Assembly: GCA_030141605.1 (NCBI GenBank)
Contig: JAQGDQ010000238.1
Location: 248,001-312,000 of the forward strand
Direction of reading: 5' to 3'
Origin: Tubiluchus corallicola
Lineage: Eukaryota > Animalia > Priapulida
DNA: 64,000 nucleotides
The stretch's first letter is position 1. Every line of letters starts with the position of its first letter. The position numbers were made by a program, and so were the translations under genes. This document shows positions 25,501-39,208 of this stretch, in pieces. Under the pieces are notes generated by a model. It was not told the DNA's origin. It ran no database searches and worked only from the letters and a program-made list of their open reading frames with translations.

Positions 25501-26170
25501 TTATACGCAGCTTCCTACTGGCTAGGTGAACAGTTAAACTCCTTCGATGATCTTCTGTGCTGTGTAGTAAAAACAGCCACAAGTAAATCTTATAATCCGC
25601 CTGAAAAGAACTAGAATTAATATGCGGTTTCCCGCCTCTTAATGCACAATATTCTGTTATTGTTTGTAAATTCTTGATGAAAATTCTAGGTCAACCAGAA
25701 AGCGATTTAGCTAGGTGTGAGGTAGAGAAGATTGACACTTCGTTAATTAGCAGCCAAGCAGCTAACCACTTCACAACAAATCATGCCGTAAAAACCAGGT
25801 CAATTCTAAAAATTACTAAAACCATAGAAATTCTACAATCAGTAATTGGTTGATGCCTGTGTTAATCCACTTAACGTCAAATATAGTAAGTCAAAGGTTA
25901 ATAAATTTGTTGAAACTATGTGGCACAGAAAGCATCAGCATGGCAACCAGTTAGCTGGTCTGCCTCGGGAAACGGTCCCAATTTTCACCACCCCTTTAAT
26001 TTAGGAAAGTATGACAGATTTATTGAAAGAAGTGCTTTTAGTTTGCTACTTAGCAGAGGATGTAGTGCTTTTAAATATAGTATTGGTGTTAACGATAATA
26101 CAATGTGTCAATGTAATAATGACTTTCAAACGCCACACAGTTTAATCTTTTACTGTACTTCTATAAAAAA
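22580..26170 (+). mobile_element. decayed LINE ORF2 (reverse transcriptase) interrupted by a 1.1-kb insertion
   Basis: NYRPITITSY, QVGFRPGGST, AVFCDFSK, DSVW|IDGL, GLPQGSVLSPILF, YADD, WCNRWRLNVN, LGVTVDK, C-terminal CQC..QTPHSLIFYC; stops and frameshifts. Confidence 0.9.
23752..24846. mobile_element. solo-LTR-like insertion with 5-bp TSD
   Basis: Splits the LINE RT at DSVW/IDGL; TTTGG duplicated at 23747-23751 and 24847-24851; begins TGTCATG, has ACAGCA near other end. Confidence 0.6.
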
Positions 26171-26739
26171 TAGTAGTAGTAGTAGTAGTAGCAGTAGCAG
26201 CAGTAGCAGCAGCAGCAGCAGCAATAGCAGCAGTAGTAAATTACTTAAAAAGAAACTAGACAGAACGGATATAAATACAATATATAGAAATCAGTATTAG
26301 TATACTCTTAAGTTGTTCATAATGACATGGTACACAATTGAGCAAACCAGTTGCTATATACTTGAAAATAACTAAGTCTAATGGAAAACCGTTGATAATA
26401 ATTGTAGTCGTTTATTTACATTTATAGTTTTTACAAATCTAATCCTAGCATCGTACAATTTACATTATTAATTTGGTTTTAAATTTTAAATAAAATTCAT
26501 AGTATTTATTCTGCAGACACTTGTATCAGGTGCTGTAATGCACAGTACACATTAGACAACATTTATTGAAAAATACAGATAACTCTTATGCGCACTATTC
26601 TATGATATTATTATAATGTAATTAACTGTGATAACTGTTGCTATATTTCATATTTTATGCATGTAGTGTATTTACGTGTAAAAAATGTTTTGTACTTCTG
26701 CAAATGGAGAATAAATCAGATTTATTATATAGTATTATT

Positions 26740-26940
26740 ATGTAGGTAGGTAGGTAGGTAGGTAGGTAGGTAGACAGATAGGTAGCAAGGTAGTTAGGTA
26801 AGTAGGTAGGTAGGTAGGCAGGCAGGCAGGTAGGTGGGTAGGTAGGTGTGTAGGTAGATGGGTAGCTAGGTAGGGAGGGAGAGAGGTAAGTAAGTAAATA
26901 AGCAGGTAGATAGGTAGGTAAGTAAGCGAGTAGATGGGTG
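26740..26940. repeat. degenerate (TAGG)n
   Basis: Direct reading; similar tract at 22440-22570. Confidence 0.85.
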
Positions 26941-26974
26941 TTTCTTAAAAGTATCCATAGTACAGGAATCACAG

Positions 26975-27230
26975 CCCAAATGTGCACCGCCACTGTTCAC
27001 TGGCCAAATATCCTACTCCCAAATGCCCACTGGCCTAAGTGTCCACTGCCCAAGTGATACTGCCCAACTGTCCACTATCCACATGTCTACTGCCCCAAAT
27101 GTCCCACTGCCCAAATGTCTACTACCCAAGTGCTACTGGCCAAAGATCCACTGTCAAAAAGCCCTGTTACCCATATGTCGACTGCCCAAGTGTCCATTGC
27201 CCCTGTTCCACTGCCCAAATGACCGTGTTA
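26975..27230. repeat. 15-bp degenerate tandem array (CCAAATGTCCACTGC), probably DNA-transposon subterminal repeats
   Basis: About 16 diverged units. Confidence 0.7.
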
Positions 27231-27258
27231 GTTTTTTTACTCCTGCAAAGTATTATGC

Positions 27259-27398
27259 CTATACTGCCTATTATGTATTATTATTACTATATTATTACTA
27301 TACTGCCTATTATGTATTATTATTACTATATTATTACTATACTGCCTGTTATGTATTATTATTACTATATTATTACTATACTGCCTATTATGTATACT
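27259..27398. repeat. 39-bp minisatellite, ~3.5 copies
   Basis: Unit TATACTGCCTATTATGTATTATTATTACTATATTATTAC. Confidence 0.9.
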
Positions 27399-28314
27399 GG
27401 CATTTCTGATCGGTCTTAGACAGATCGAAAATAAGATGTGTATCATGCAGACCGCACAGGTACTCTTCAGACAGCAAGCGGATACGTGAGCAAGGTCGAA
27501 GACCCGAGGACCTGTGGACTTATGGGTGTTACAACAAGTTTACAGCGTTTCGTGTTTCCGATTAGCTGACGATGGCGTGAGCCTCAACCGACCAATGATA
27601 AGCGGTGGCGAGATCTCTGACATAGAATTCTGCAAGCTTTCATCATTCAATCTACTATTGGCTCTAATTACATACGATAATTCAAGTTTGTTGAAAAGTA
27701 CTGGTATAACAAATGCAGTCACTTACGATTTTTTTTCGAGTTTGGTAGCAAGCTGTTTATTCTTGGACTGTTCTAGACGTCAAATTAAACAATTAATTAA
27801 CTTAGTGATAAACAATGATAGTTTGCCCAAATTGCCCATGTGTCAAATACTCCATGTCAGGATCAAATTTACATTTACATGCTAAACTCACAGTTAAAAG
27901 CCTCATCATCATCATCATCATCGTCGTCATCATCATCGTCATCATCATATCATCATCATCGTCATGATAATTATTATTATTACTATTATGTTGTTTGTTG
28001 TTGTTTATTGTTAATACTCACAATATTAAAATACTATCAATAGTGCTGTACAAAACAAAATTTAAAAAAATCAGACCAAGTTATGATAAAAATAACCTAA
28101 AATCTAAAAATCATTTTAAAGTATCACATAGACCACAAAACCGCAAGAAAAAAAACATCAGTAAAACTTACATTATTACACTAATAAAAAGCTTTAGCAT
28201 AAAATTATAAACCCATATTTTTGGAGATAATCAGCTACCATACAGACGTAAAAATTGTAGTACTAAATTATACAGATGCTTGCTGATGTAAATGCAAATA
28301 CTTTGTCAATAAAC

Positions 28315-28560
28315 TACATACATACGTACGTACGTACGTACATACGTACATACGTACATACGTACATACGTACATACGTACATACATACATACATACATA
28401 CATACATACATACATACATACATACATACATACATACATACACGCATACATATACACGCACATACACGCATACATACACACGCACATGCAGCACATGCAC
28501 ACACGCACACGCACACACGCACGCACGCACGCGCGCGCGCACACACACACACACATACAC
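28315..28560. repeat. compound (TACG)n/(TACA)n/(CA)n microsatellite
   Basis: Direct reading. Confidence 0.95.
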
Positions 28561-29248
28561 AAATTACCAATACAATAATCAAGTAAGTCATACATTAACA
28601 GGGCGTATAGATCTTACACAATTGTTTAACTGTGTCGACTCAACATACAAATATTTTCTTATTTTCCTAATTCAAAACAGGTTATCTTTAGAGGATTTTC
28701 ATAGGAAAGCTCCTAAAAGCTTAATATATTCATATAGATTAATAATTGTTGTATAAGATACATTAATTAATTCAAATCAAATAGATTTCTCGATGAGACA
28801 AAAATTATATACTGACCCTTGGCTCTGTCTTGCTAATACTCATTTCAAACATATTTGATGACATCCTGACAGCTGTGCAGTTTATTTCCTGAGCTGTGAG
28901 AAGTAATATAACACTGTCGTGCTAACTGTTTAACGTGCGTGTGTTTCCGTCATTTTTAATTATAGGAAATATACCGCATGGTACTCCAACCTTAAATTCA
29001 ATGAAAAGTTTGACATAACTTACAATTATTAGCTGCAGTTCCATCACTACCTTGAATGAAACTCGTGTATATTAATTTCGATTGTCGCCTGCTTCCTCAA
29101 AGGAAACAAACTAAACACGATGTCACGTTACTCAAAATATGTGACTTCTTTGATATGACTTAAGGTAATGTACATTATAAAATTCAAGACGAATGCGCAC
29201 ACTACACTTGTTAGCACGACGGTTAGGTTACGTGTACAATGAGTCCGT

Positions 29249-29278
29249 TTGAGTCGACGATTTCTGATTCTCGTACAG
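29249..29278 (+). pseudogene. orphan paralogue of exon 1 of the secreted-protein family (ATG replaced by TTG)
   Basis: TTG-SRRFLILVQ|gtaagg aligns with MALRLLVLAQ|gtaagc (32334) and MELHLLIFTQ|gtaatt (55074); TATAAAA at 29176. Confidence 0.5.
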
Positions 29279-29735
29279 GTAAGGATAATCAGAATGAAAG
29301 TACTGCAGTTGGTTACGTATTAGCGCTAAATAATCAACTTTTGTGTGCCCTTTTAAGTTTAGTTTATTATTTTATAAGTAAATTCACCAATGTTGGGTGT
29401 AAATGGCGTGACAATATTACTGAACATTTCGTAAGTTTCGGAAAATACAATTAAGCAATACCTGTTTATGTGAGACATTTAGTGTGACGTTTAGCTAGAC
29501 GTTATGTGAGATTTCACAGTGACTTAAACGTTCGAGTGAAATCATTGTTGCTGCTTATTCATATATATGAACAACGGGAGGAGGGCTCACTCTATCAAAG
29601 GACGCCAAGGTGTCAAGTCATGACGCAATAGGTTTATCAGTAGTCGTATTAGTTCTTAGGCCCAAACAAAAAAGCCAGCATTTAACATTTTATTAATAAG
29701 CTTGACTCGAACTATTGGTCGATTAGACGAAAAGC

Positions 29736-29995
29736 AATGTCCTGGGTTAGGTGGTTGAGTGGACTGCAACCACGTAGTCTTGTGTTCGAGTCTCGAGGCT
29801 GCCAAGGGCAGGAGATATACTCCACATCTTTTTCGTTAGTGTTAATGTTCCACCAGGCGATACAGTCTAGTGGTAACGCGTCCGCTTTCCGCGCAGGAAG
29901 ACGCGAGCTGTGGCAGGGTCATATGAAAGACTTGGAAAATTGTGCCTGCTGCTGCCCTGCCTGGCGCTTGGTATGCAGGACAAAAGTGGTGTAGT
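29736..29995 (+). mobile_element. tRNA-derived SINE-like sequence
   Basis: GC-rich patch with B-box-like GTTCGAGTC (29783) and a second A-box-like head GGCGATACAGTCTAGTGGTAA (29857). Confidence 0.4.
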
Positions 29996-30084
29996 AGTTT
30001 GTTATTTGCAATCGGCGACAAAATCCTCGTGGGAGGATTTGTAGGAGTAGCAGAAGAATACTGAAGCACAGGTTCATTAAGAGC

Positions 30085-30745
30085 ATATACACCACCCTTG
30101 GGTGGTGTATTCAAAGTAATCTGGAAGCTTTACAAATTACCCAGAACAAAATTCTCAAACTAATATATCATGTAAGGTATGACCATCCCACAAATATAAT
30201 TTACTTGTCTTTTAAAACTCTTAAAGTGAAAGAAATATATGACATGTATTGTCTTCATTTCATGTATCAATATCATAATTTACTACTTCCACCAGCTTTT
30301 CAGTCATACTTTAGTCCAGTTTCAAATCAACACGATCATTACACAAGATATTCAGTCGGAAACTATGTACTCTTCCAAAAATAAATATAATGAAACAGTC
30401 ATCAAAATATAATGCTATTAAAATATGGTCATCAATTCCGCGTGAAAAGAAAACTCTGAACTTAATCTTTATCAAAGAATTACCTACTACAACGGTATAA
30501 TTAACTAACAACTTTACTCATCCTGATCTTAAGTTACTAACAAAACTTATTTTGTTCTAATGTACGTTATAACTGATGAAAATACTATGTAATGTTAATT
30601 GTCAATTGTTCCACTTATCTGGAGCAGGACTCGAAAGCTCAATGCTGCTTCCGCCTCCTCACAGTAACTCGCTTAGTTTATATTTCTTTTCAATGTAATA
30701 TCAATTTGTATGTATGTTTGTGTTGCTGTGGAGTAAATTCATAAT
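30085..30745 (+). mobile_element. L2/Crack-like LINE 3' fragment
   Basis: KLQITQNKILKLIYHVRYDHPTNIIYLSFKTLKVKEIY...FMYQYHN, IKIWSSIP. Confidence 0.7.
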
Positions 30746-31129
30746 TCAGAATTCAGCATAAGTGAGTTCACTTACAATTTCCGTGTGGTGATCAGTTTCT
30801 TGAATACAGTCAGTCGCACTATCCGCCTTGTCCTCCACCCAAAATGCTTCCACTAGCTTTTTCGTCATCTCTTCTAAGCTTGGACAAGCGTGTGTGTCCC
30901 AACTCTTGGCGCTCCCAACTCTTCGCAAAAATGACACTGTGTCTTACCCGATGGTTTCTTTCTCTGTGTCAAGTAGAATGTTAGCAGCATTCACATCCTG
31001 AATAAGGCTGTCAAGCGCTTGATGATCCTTGCTGCGTAGGACCTTTGCCTTCTTGGACTTATTGCCAGGCATTCCTGAAGACCAAACGTAGACGAACTTC
31101 TGCATAAAACGTTAAGTTGATGTAGATTA

Positions 31130-31806
<677 letters not shown>

Positions 31807-32333
31807 ACGTCATTATCACTATTATCACTAAAATGATAAATAATGACAATAGTAGCTATTAATAAATTTTAAAGCTGAACTGCCATAAAATTTGTGTCAA
31901 CTCACATAGTGCCATAAAGACAGCATACTTAACAATTACGTAAATGACAAAAATCACTGTAACTATTGATGAAAAACGTTTTGCAATTATGTTGAAACGC
32001 ATAGTAGCTATGGGTTGAAGTTTAATAGTATATTTCAGAGATCGCTCTGCAAAGAATCAGTGTAGAGCCGGTGGTCAGACGGAACCTCTACCCCGGTTAA
32101 ATATTGTGTAGAAACGTCAAACGATTTTGCAATTTTCACATATAAAAATTTTAATTATTATTACAGGTATAATTCATTACCTCAGCATTCCAACGAAGGT
32201 CGCTATGGATGACCTAGCTTTCTGCTCAAAACCATATCTATAACAAACTATCTCAAAATTGTTAAAATCAGTTCGCATAAATAAAAGGTGGAAATAGACA
32301 TTTTATTCGCAGCAAAATTATTTCACGTGAAAA

Positions 32334-32363
32334 ATGGCTCTGCGTTTGTTGGTTCTCGCACAG
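32334..32363 (+). CDS. unrecognised secreted protein, paralogue A, exon 1 (signal peptide N-half)
   Basis: MALRLLVLAQ then strong donor CAG|GTAAGC; homologous to 55074-55103; phase 0 to exon 2. Confidence 0.78.
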
Positions 32364-32813
32364 GTAAGCAATATAATACACGTCTTCTTTTTAATCATTG
32401 GTATATCATAGGTTACTGTTTCAAATCACGCTAACCACAACCTTTTATCGTTTCCATTAGTTTTGCCTTGTTTGACCTTTATATTTAATTTATGTATCTT
32501 ATAAATAGATTTGTACAATCATCTATTTACCACCTATATAGTAGGGTTATGCATACCTTATTTTTATGGTAATAAAAAGCATTGCGGTAAAAACTATAAG
32601 ACAAATACATTTTTTTGTTTTAAAACTGTTTGTATTTCACGGTCATTGAAAAGTGGAACCTTTTCTACGGCCACAGATTGAGACTACAGCCTACAAAGAA
32701 ATTACTAAACCGATAGTAGAAATTTGGTTGTAAATCATGACGTTCTTACAGAATTTGTCAGTTTTCGCAAAATTTTATGGTAGAGCATTTAATAACGGAA
32801 CTAGTATTATAAT

Positions 32814-33236
32814 GGATTTGCCCACACTGTATCTCGACACTAGGCGGAGGAACTGCACAAGCAGCCAACGGCTAGAGGGCGGAGTAAGTCAAGTGACCCA
32901 ACGACCACGTGTAGATGAGTAAACCTTTCAAATCAGGAGTGGAGCCCCGAAGGCGGACCAGTGCAGCATGCTCACTGACTCCGGCAGCTCCTGCAGCCAA
33001 CCTGGTGCCAAACGTATCGCTCCGCTTTCCTTTGGACTACACCAGCGAGGAAGAGAGGGGGGTCCTGTTGTCTGGGCAACTCAGGATCTCCATACACCTT
33101 GCCCAGGCGTGTGCCCTGGAGACGTTCAAGGATCACGCTGCTCAGCCACAGTCGACACTGCAGCGCCATCAATGTGATCCATAAGTGACTCTCTTGGTGC
33201 ACACTCCATTGTCTTCCGAGACAGAAGGATGCCAAC
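32814..33236 (+). mobile_element. short non-autonomous retroelement (RTE-related SINE-like) in intron 1 of paralogue A
   Basis: GC-rich 423-bp island flanked by 11-bp TSD AGTATTATAAT (32803-32813, 33237-33247); 3' hairpin GTCTTCCGAGAC; RTE affinity from recalled resemblance only. Confidence 0.65.
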
Positions 33237-33376
33237 AGTATTATAATTAGAGAAGTACAGGTAGTCTTATTAAAAGATTCATAATAGTATAGTTGGCAGA
33301 ATCACTACTGATGATGGTTTTATCATCAATTTTGGCATCGAACAGAGTAAGGTCAACTGACACGATATTAAAATAT

Positions 33377-33690
33377 TGTAACGATGTTGGGTCCTTGCCG
33401 CCAGGGTTCTGATTGCTGGCCCCTGGTCGGTTCGTTCCCTCGTATTTCGGAGGCCAAGTAGACCGGGTCCCGTGTCAGGATGATGAAAACTTTATAAAGT
33501 TAGATATAGATTTGTGAAAGCAAACTTGCTAGTAAACTTGGCCCGTTTACTTCTTGCCGGCTGACCGTAATGGCAAAAACACCTGTCAGTTTACCTGAAA
33601 CTGCTGAGACCATTCCATAGCGGCGGTTTTATAACGGTATTCAAAGCCAGCCCTATGCAATGACTTCGTAAGGACGAGACCGCTGTCACA
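33377..33690 (-). mobile_element. possible Gypsy-type solo LTR
   Basis: TGTAAC...GTCACA ends, TATAAAA on minus near 33630; TSD only partially matching. Confidence 0.35.
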
Positions 33691-36207
33691 ATGCAGAGGG
33701 GGTCGAAAATAAGTAGCATTTCACCCCGGAACACTATAAAAGAAAATTTAATCGATGCGGCAGCAACATTAACTGTTTTCATATTGTTTTTTCAGCAGAA
33801 ATGTTATAGTTTCTTTTCAGCAACTCAACATTACCTCATTTGAAATTTTAAATAAGTATAACTTAGTTCTGAAGAGCAAAGACGAATGTCATGGTAACAC
33901 GTGCCCCAAAGACGTTCTAGAAAGTGCAATCAGCAATTATCAGATTAACATCATTAGACATTAGACCTACTTAATTTTGTTGAAGGTGTTGCATATATTA
34001 GTTCCGTCCTGCACTCATATCGCCAACTGCTTTTTATGAGTTTTTATTGAGCGAAAAGTCGACAACTGCTATGATTGATCAAAATGCTGTTTACAAGCAT
34101 CCATTAATGTTAGCTAAATGTGACAGTTGCTAGGTTGGTTAGACTACGAGGCAGCTACCTACCAGATATGTAAATGTCCATAAAACAATCAAAACAAACA
34201 TCAGTTGTATGTGCGTACTGATTCTTATTACAGTGTTATAATTTGCCTTAATTAAAGGACAAGAAAAAGGGGCACCTGAAGTAGGTTTCGAACCTTAAAA
34301 AAAGTATACTACTTTACAGCAATTTTGTACACATATGGTATTTTCGTTGAAAGGAATTTTCGTTTGTTTTCATTTTAAAAGTTCTGCAATACTGTTCCGA
34401 CGGCGCCAATTATATGACGTCACTAGCCACGTAAATCAGGGGAAAAAAGTCAATGTTTAATTTTGACCCAAAAAACTTTTCGTGCAGACCTATATTACTT
34501 AGCATTTCACTTACCTGTTGGAAAAACTTATGTAACTAGACTAATAATTTAAAATGTTTGTGCCAATTGGTAAAATGTTGCTGACTCACCCTCCAGGGTG
34601 CGCCACTCACCAGCCAAAAACGTACTTTTAATCTTATTGACAAGATATAGTAATTTAAAATATTACTTAATTAGCAACATGTATGCTGCGAATGCTCTGA
34701 CTATTTTTTCAAACTTTACTTAATGTTATCAAAACTTGAATCAAATGACCTACCATTAAAATGGCTGCGCCTAACGGTCATCACAGGAGTTTAAATTTAC
34801 ACGTTTTATACAGCGTTACGGCCGATGCAAGCTATGCATACGAAAAGGTAGTGCGTAAGTGGTATAAAATTTCGAGACGAATTTTTTAAACTTTATGTAA
34901 GTGGAGGATTTTCTTGTGCTTTAATATCTCTACTACTTCCATTTGCAAGGCAGATCTTTTAACAAAAGAAACATTTCATATTGAAAAACAGGCCCATCTT
35001 TCAGTTCAAAAAGTGAATACTATTATTAAAGTGTACTTTTGACTGTCCCGAGATTTTTTACCATTTCTTTCCGAGAGTGCAAACCTTAATTTCACACTAA
35101 AAACTTAATCAATCTTTGTTCTATACAAGGTCAGTAAGATGGCGTTTCATCTTTTGATATTCTACTGTGCGTGCTCGTAGGCGGGAATCGAGGGCGGTGA
35201 CGGTTGCCCTCCCAGTGCATAAGAATTGTACATTTTTAGGGCAAAAGCTGATTATTTTCAGGGCAAATAAAATGTCAAGATTTAAGATTTCAATATTCAA
35301 AAATTGCTTACGTACTGCTTTAGGCCAACCTCTTTTCATTGGCTGCAATTAAAATGTTTATTGTACGACTTATTGTTTTTAACTTTTAATAATTATTGTT
35401 ATAATACTGCCTGCTATCAATTTTAGTTCACTAAACCTTATAAATCCGTTTCACACTTGTTATGTACATGCTTCTCAATATGCTGGCAAAGTCATATAGA
35501 CATGTTTGCAAAAGGAAAACACAAACAGTCACCATTATCTCTTTTGAATTTCTGAAACGTTAGAAAAAGTATTGTGAACGTATCTGCATGTTTTTTTCAG
35601 TGAAAATGCAAACCTTTGGCTTGTGTCTTGTTAGACTCATGACTATTTAGTAAAGATTATTGTAATTTGGATTTCTTGCATACGATTACTATTGCAGTTC
35701 GTATTGGGTATCAGAACATGATTTTGCCCCCTCCCTCAAACTAGAGTAACTTTCAGGGCTTATTCGATATGCCGCCTTGTGACTCTTACTCCCTACGTCT
35801 ATGCGTGTGTTCAATAAAATACTTTAGATTTTGTTCGCCTAAATAGTAGATTTGTTAATTCTCTTTATAAAAGTTTGCTAAAATTTTTATAAATTCCATA
35901 GCGTGAGCAAAGAAGGAATGAATGAGTGAGTGGGTGACTGATAGGGCGAGTAGTAGGCTGTACTTGTGACTGAGGGGGTGAATAAGTGGCTTAGTCAGCG
36001 AATGGGTAAATGTGAGTTACAGAGTGAGTGTATAAGTGTGTGTGTGAATGCGTGCATGAGTGTGTGTATGTGTTTGTGTGTGAGTGTGTGTGAGTGTGAG
36101 TGTCAGTATGTCAGTCAGGGCTTCAGGCAGAGCACTTCGTGCTTTCAGCCAGCAGTAATTGTCCACAAAAGTTATTTCCACAATACCCGATGTTCAATGT
36201 TTTTCAG

Positions 36208-36542
36208 ATGATAATGTTAACAACTGTGTCCTGTCGAAAGAGTTACTCAATCTATGATCAGTCCAATCATGGCAGGGGAGATGGACCACTGGATCGATAC
36301 CACCCAAAAAAATTCTCTCCTTACAACAACAATCCTGGCGAGCACGGATATCCAGACGAGAGAACTACTCTCGAGCTAATTTGTGCGATTTCACCACTTT
36401 ATAACGGCGATGACTACAGGCGGTTCAATGTGCTTGACAGATATCATACTCAGTATGGATCACCTTTCTCGGCAAATCCTGGTGACAAAAAATTTCCGCA
36501 ATTTATAGTTGGATTTAATGCTCCGTTTCGATTACCATTTGC
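36208..36542 (+). CDS. unrecognised secreted protein, paralogue A, exon 2
   Basis: ttttcag acceptor, 335 nt, GC|GTGAGT donor; MIMLTTVSC-RKSYS..GRGDGPLDRYHPKKFSPYNNNPGEHGYP..LDRYHTQYGSPFSANPGDKKFP..PFA; same length and phases as 56483-56817. Confidence 0.88.
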
Positions 36543-36702
36543 GTGAGTACACGATTTACTTTGTTTGCTATTATTAATAATAATTATCATCATCACTGGA
36601 CTGGCCACCACTGCCATAGCCACCATCACCAACACCGCCACAAACACCAATACCGCCAACATCACCAACAAGATCATCATCACTATCATTATCATCATAA
36701 TC

Positions 36703-36787
36703 ATCACCTTTCTCGGCTGGTCCTGATGACAAAAAAATTCCTCAATATGTCGCTGGATTTAACGCTCCTCTTAAGTTACCATTTGCG
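36703..36787 (+). pseudogene. diverged intronic relic of the exon-2 3' end
   Basis: Reads SPFSAGPDDKKIPQYVAGFNAPLKLPFA; donor GT replaced by GA. Confidence 0.8.
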
Positions 36788-37153
36788 ATTTTCATAGTAT
36801 ATGATTTTCATAGTTTGATACTGCTTGTATTAATCAACACCATTGTTACATGCACCATCATCATCATTATTAATGCCAAGCGTTGCGTGATTATCATCAT
36901 TTTTATAATTACATCATTATCGTATATCATCTACTGTTTCTTTTACTGTTTCAATAATTATGACGATTATACCCAAGTGTTGGGATGTTTTGTATGTTGT
37001 GTGATTTTTTTATGTAAATTGTATTTTATCATCTTGCCGCTGCTGCCAACACTGCAAAAAGAAAATAATAAGTAAATTTGAAGAAAACATAGGACATCAC
37101 CAATTATGGCGAAAGGAAAAAAGAAAAAAAGAGGGTTTTATAACCACCTATAC

Positions 37154-37651
37154 CAGGGGTGTGCAAATTGCGGCCCGCGGGCCACTTGAGGCTCGTCGAG
37201 AGAATTTGTGCGGCCCGCGAAGAGATTTGTCGACCTAATGAAAGTGCGGCCCGGGCGATTAATAGAGTGTATCCAGCTGAAGTCCGTGCCACGATCCCAA
37301 AGATAGTGCGCGTAGTTTTTTCTACTAGATCGGATGCCATTAACCCTTACAAGACGGTTGTAGCTTAATGTCACTGTTCTACAGAGACTATGTGATACAC
37401 ATTACTAATATGCATTGTAATAAAGTTACCACTATCTGTCCTGAAAGTAGAAATATATGGTTTGTAATATAGATTTTAATAACTTCTAAAATAGTTTCTT
37501 GAGTGCAGTAGTAATGATGTACGCAAGTCGGATGCAAAAATCGTTATTAGGCCCTTCTGTACTTGGCACCTTGATCAAACTGCCTGTGGCCCGCAGGAAT
37601 TGCGGGAAAGTTTAATGTGGCCCGGCTAGTCAGATAACTTGCACACCCCTG
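37154..37651. mobile_element. hAT (Charlie-like) MITE
   Basis: Perfect 13-bp TIR CAGGGGTGTGCAA, 8-bp TSD ACCTATAC, subterminal GCGGCCCG repeats. Confidence 0.93.
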
Positions 37652-38141
37652 ACCTATACACATGGCACTTTTAGAGTTAATCAGATTTTATAGAAATGAA
37701 ATATTGAGTATGTATATTTTTTGCAATTAGCGAAAAGTTACGACAAATTGTAGCTAAGATGCTTGGGCAGATCTACGGAAAACAGACATACCACCTCAAC
37801 TAATAGTAATATACAAATTTACAGAAACTACACATATTGCTGTAGAACCATCATTTGAGCAATAAGATGTACATTAAAATAAGTGAAATTGTCTGTCTTT
37901 CGGCGAACCATGTTTTGTTAGGTCCGTTTCTATGCAGGGCTGCAGTAAATTGATTAAGTGAAATGGTAACCGGTAACTGTAATCGGCTGGAACATTCAAA
38001 TAGACGTCTTATTATTTATCAATCGCGATCTGGCAATGGGAGTCAGCGAAGAAGAAAGAAATAAACATGTGATACAAAAACGTTGAAAAAGCAAAATACA
38101 AGCAAATAGACATCTAGCACAACGCACACGTTATACTTCAA

Positions 38142-38585
38142 TGGCGCGTTCAGACGAGAGAGTTCTCTCGCAAGTTATTGCAAACACAGCGAAATTTACT
38201 TTTACTGAGAGTGTTGTATCGCACAAGAACTTGCTAAGCCGTTCACACTTGCAAGTTTACTCTCAGAGAGAACTTGCAAAGCCGTTCACACTTGCAAGTT
38301 TAGATTCAGAGAGAACTTGAAAAGTCATTCACACTTGCAAGTTTAGATTCAGAGAGAACTTGAAAAGTCATTCACACTTGCAAGTTTAGATTCAGAGAGA
38401 ACTTGAAAAGTCATTCACACTTGCAAGTTTACATTCAGAGAGAACGTGCAAAGCCGTTCACACTTGCAAGTTTACTCTCAGAGAGAACTTGCAAAGCCGT
38501 TTACACTTGCAAGTTTACTCTCAGAGAGAACTTGCAAAGCCATTCACCCTTGTAAGTTTACTCTCAGTGAGAACTTGCGACAGAA
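38142..38585. mobile_element. Harbinger-like MITE with internal 43-bp tandem array (~8 units)
   Basis: Starts GGCGCGTTCAGAC as at 7487; unit AGAGAGAACTTGCAAAGCCGTTCACACTTGCAAGTTTACTCTC. Confidence 0.75.
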
Positions 38586-38710
38586 AGTAAAATGACTCTA
38601 GTGATAACAATTAAAGCTGGGAGATCGGCAAACCCTTCAGAATGCCAATATATGACAGCCTGGATGAATTGAAAACTAATCTTGAAACGCTGCTGAAGAA
38701 AAGAGACAAT

Positions 38711-39207
<497 letters not shown>

Positions 39208-39208
<1 letters not shown>

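Noticed and set aside
27023-27419. Cys/Pro-rich ORFs resembling cornifin or metallothionein
   Set aside because: Product of a 15-bp and a 39-bp DNA tandem array, open in several frames
30746-31072. Possible LINE ORF1/gag start on minus strand
   Set aside because: Coding-like composition but internal stop and no diagnostic motif
36543-36797. His-rich ORFs (also 56818-57105) as metal-binding peptides
   Set aside because: Start on the GT donor and are (CAT/CAC)n intron repeats
38226-38585. 43-bp repeats as a CRISPR array
   Set aside because: No spacers; internal to a MITE also present at 7487
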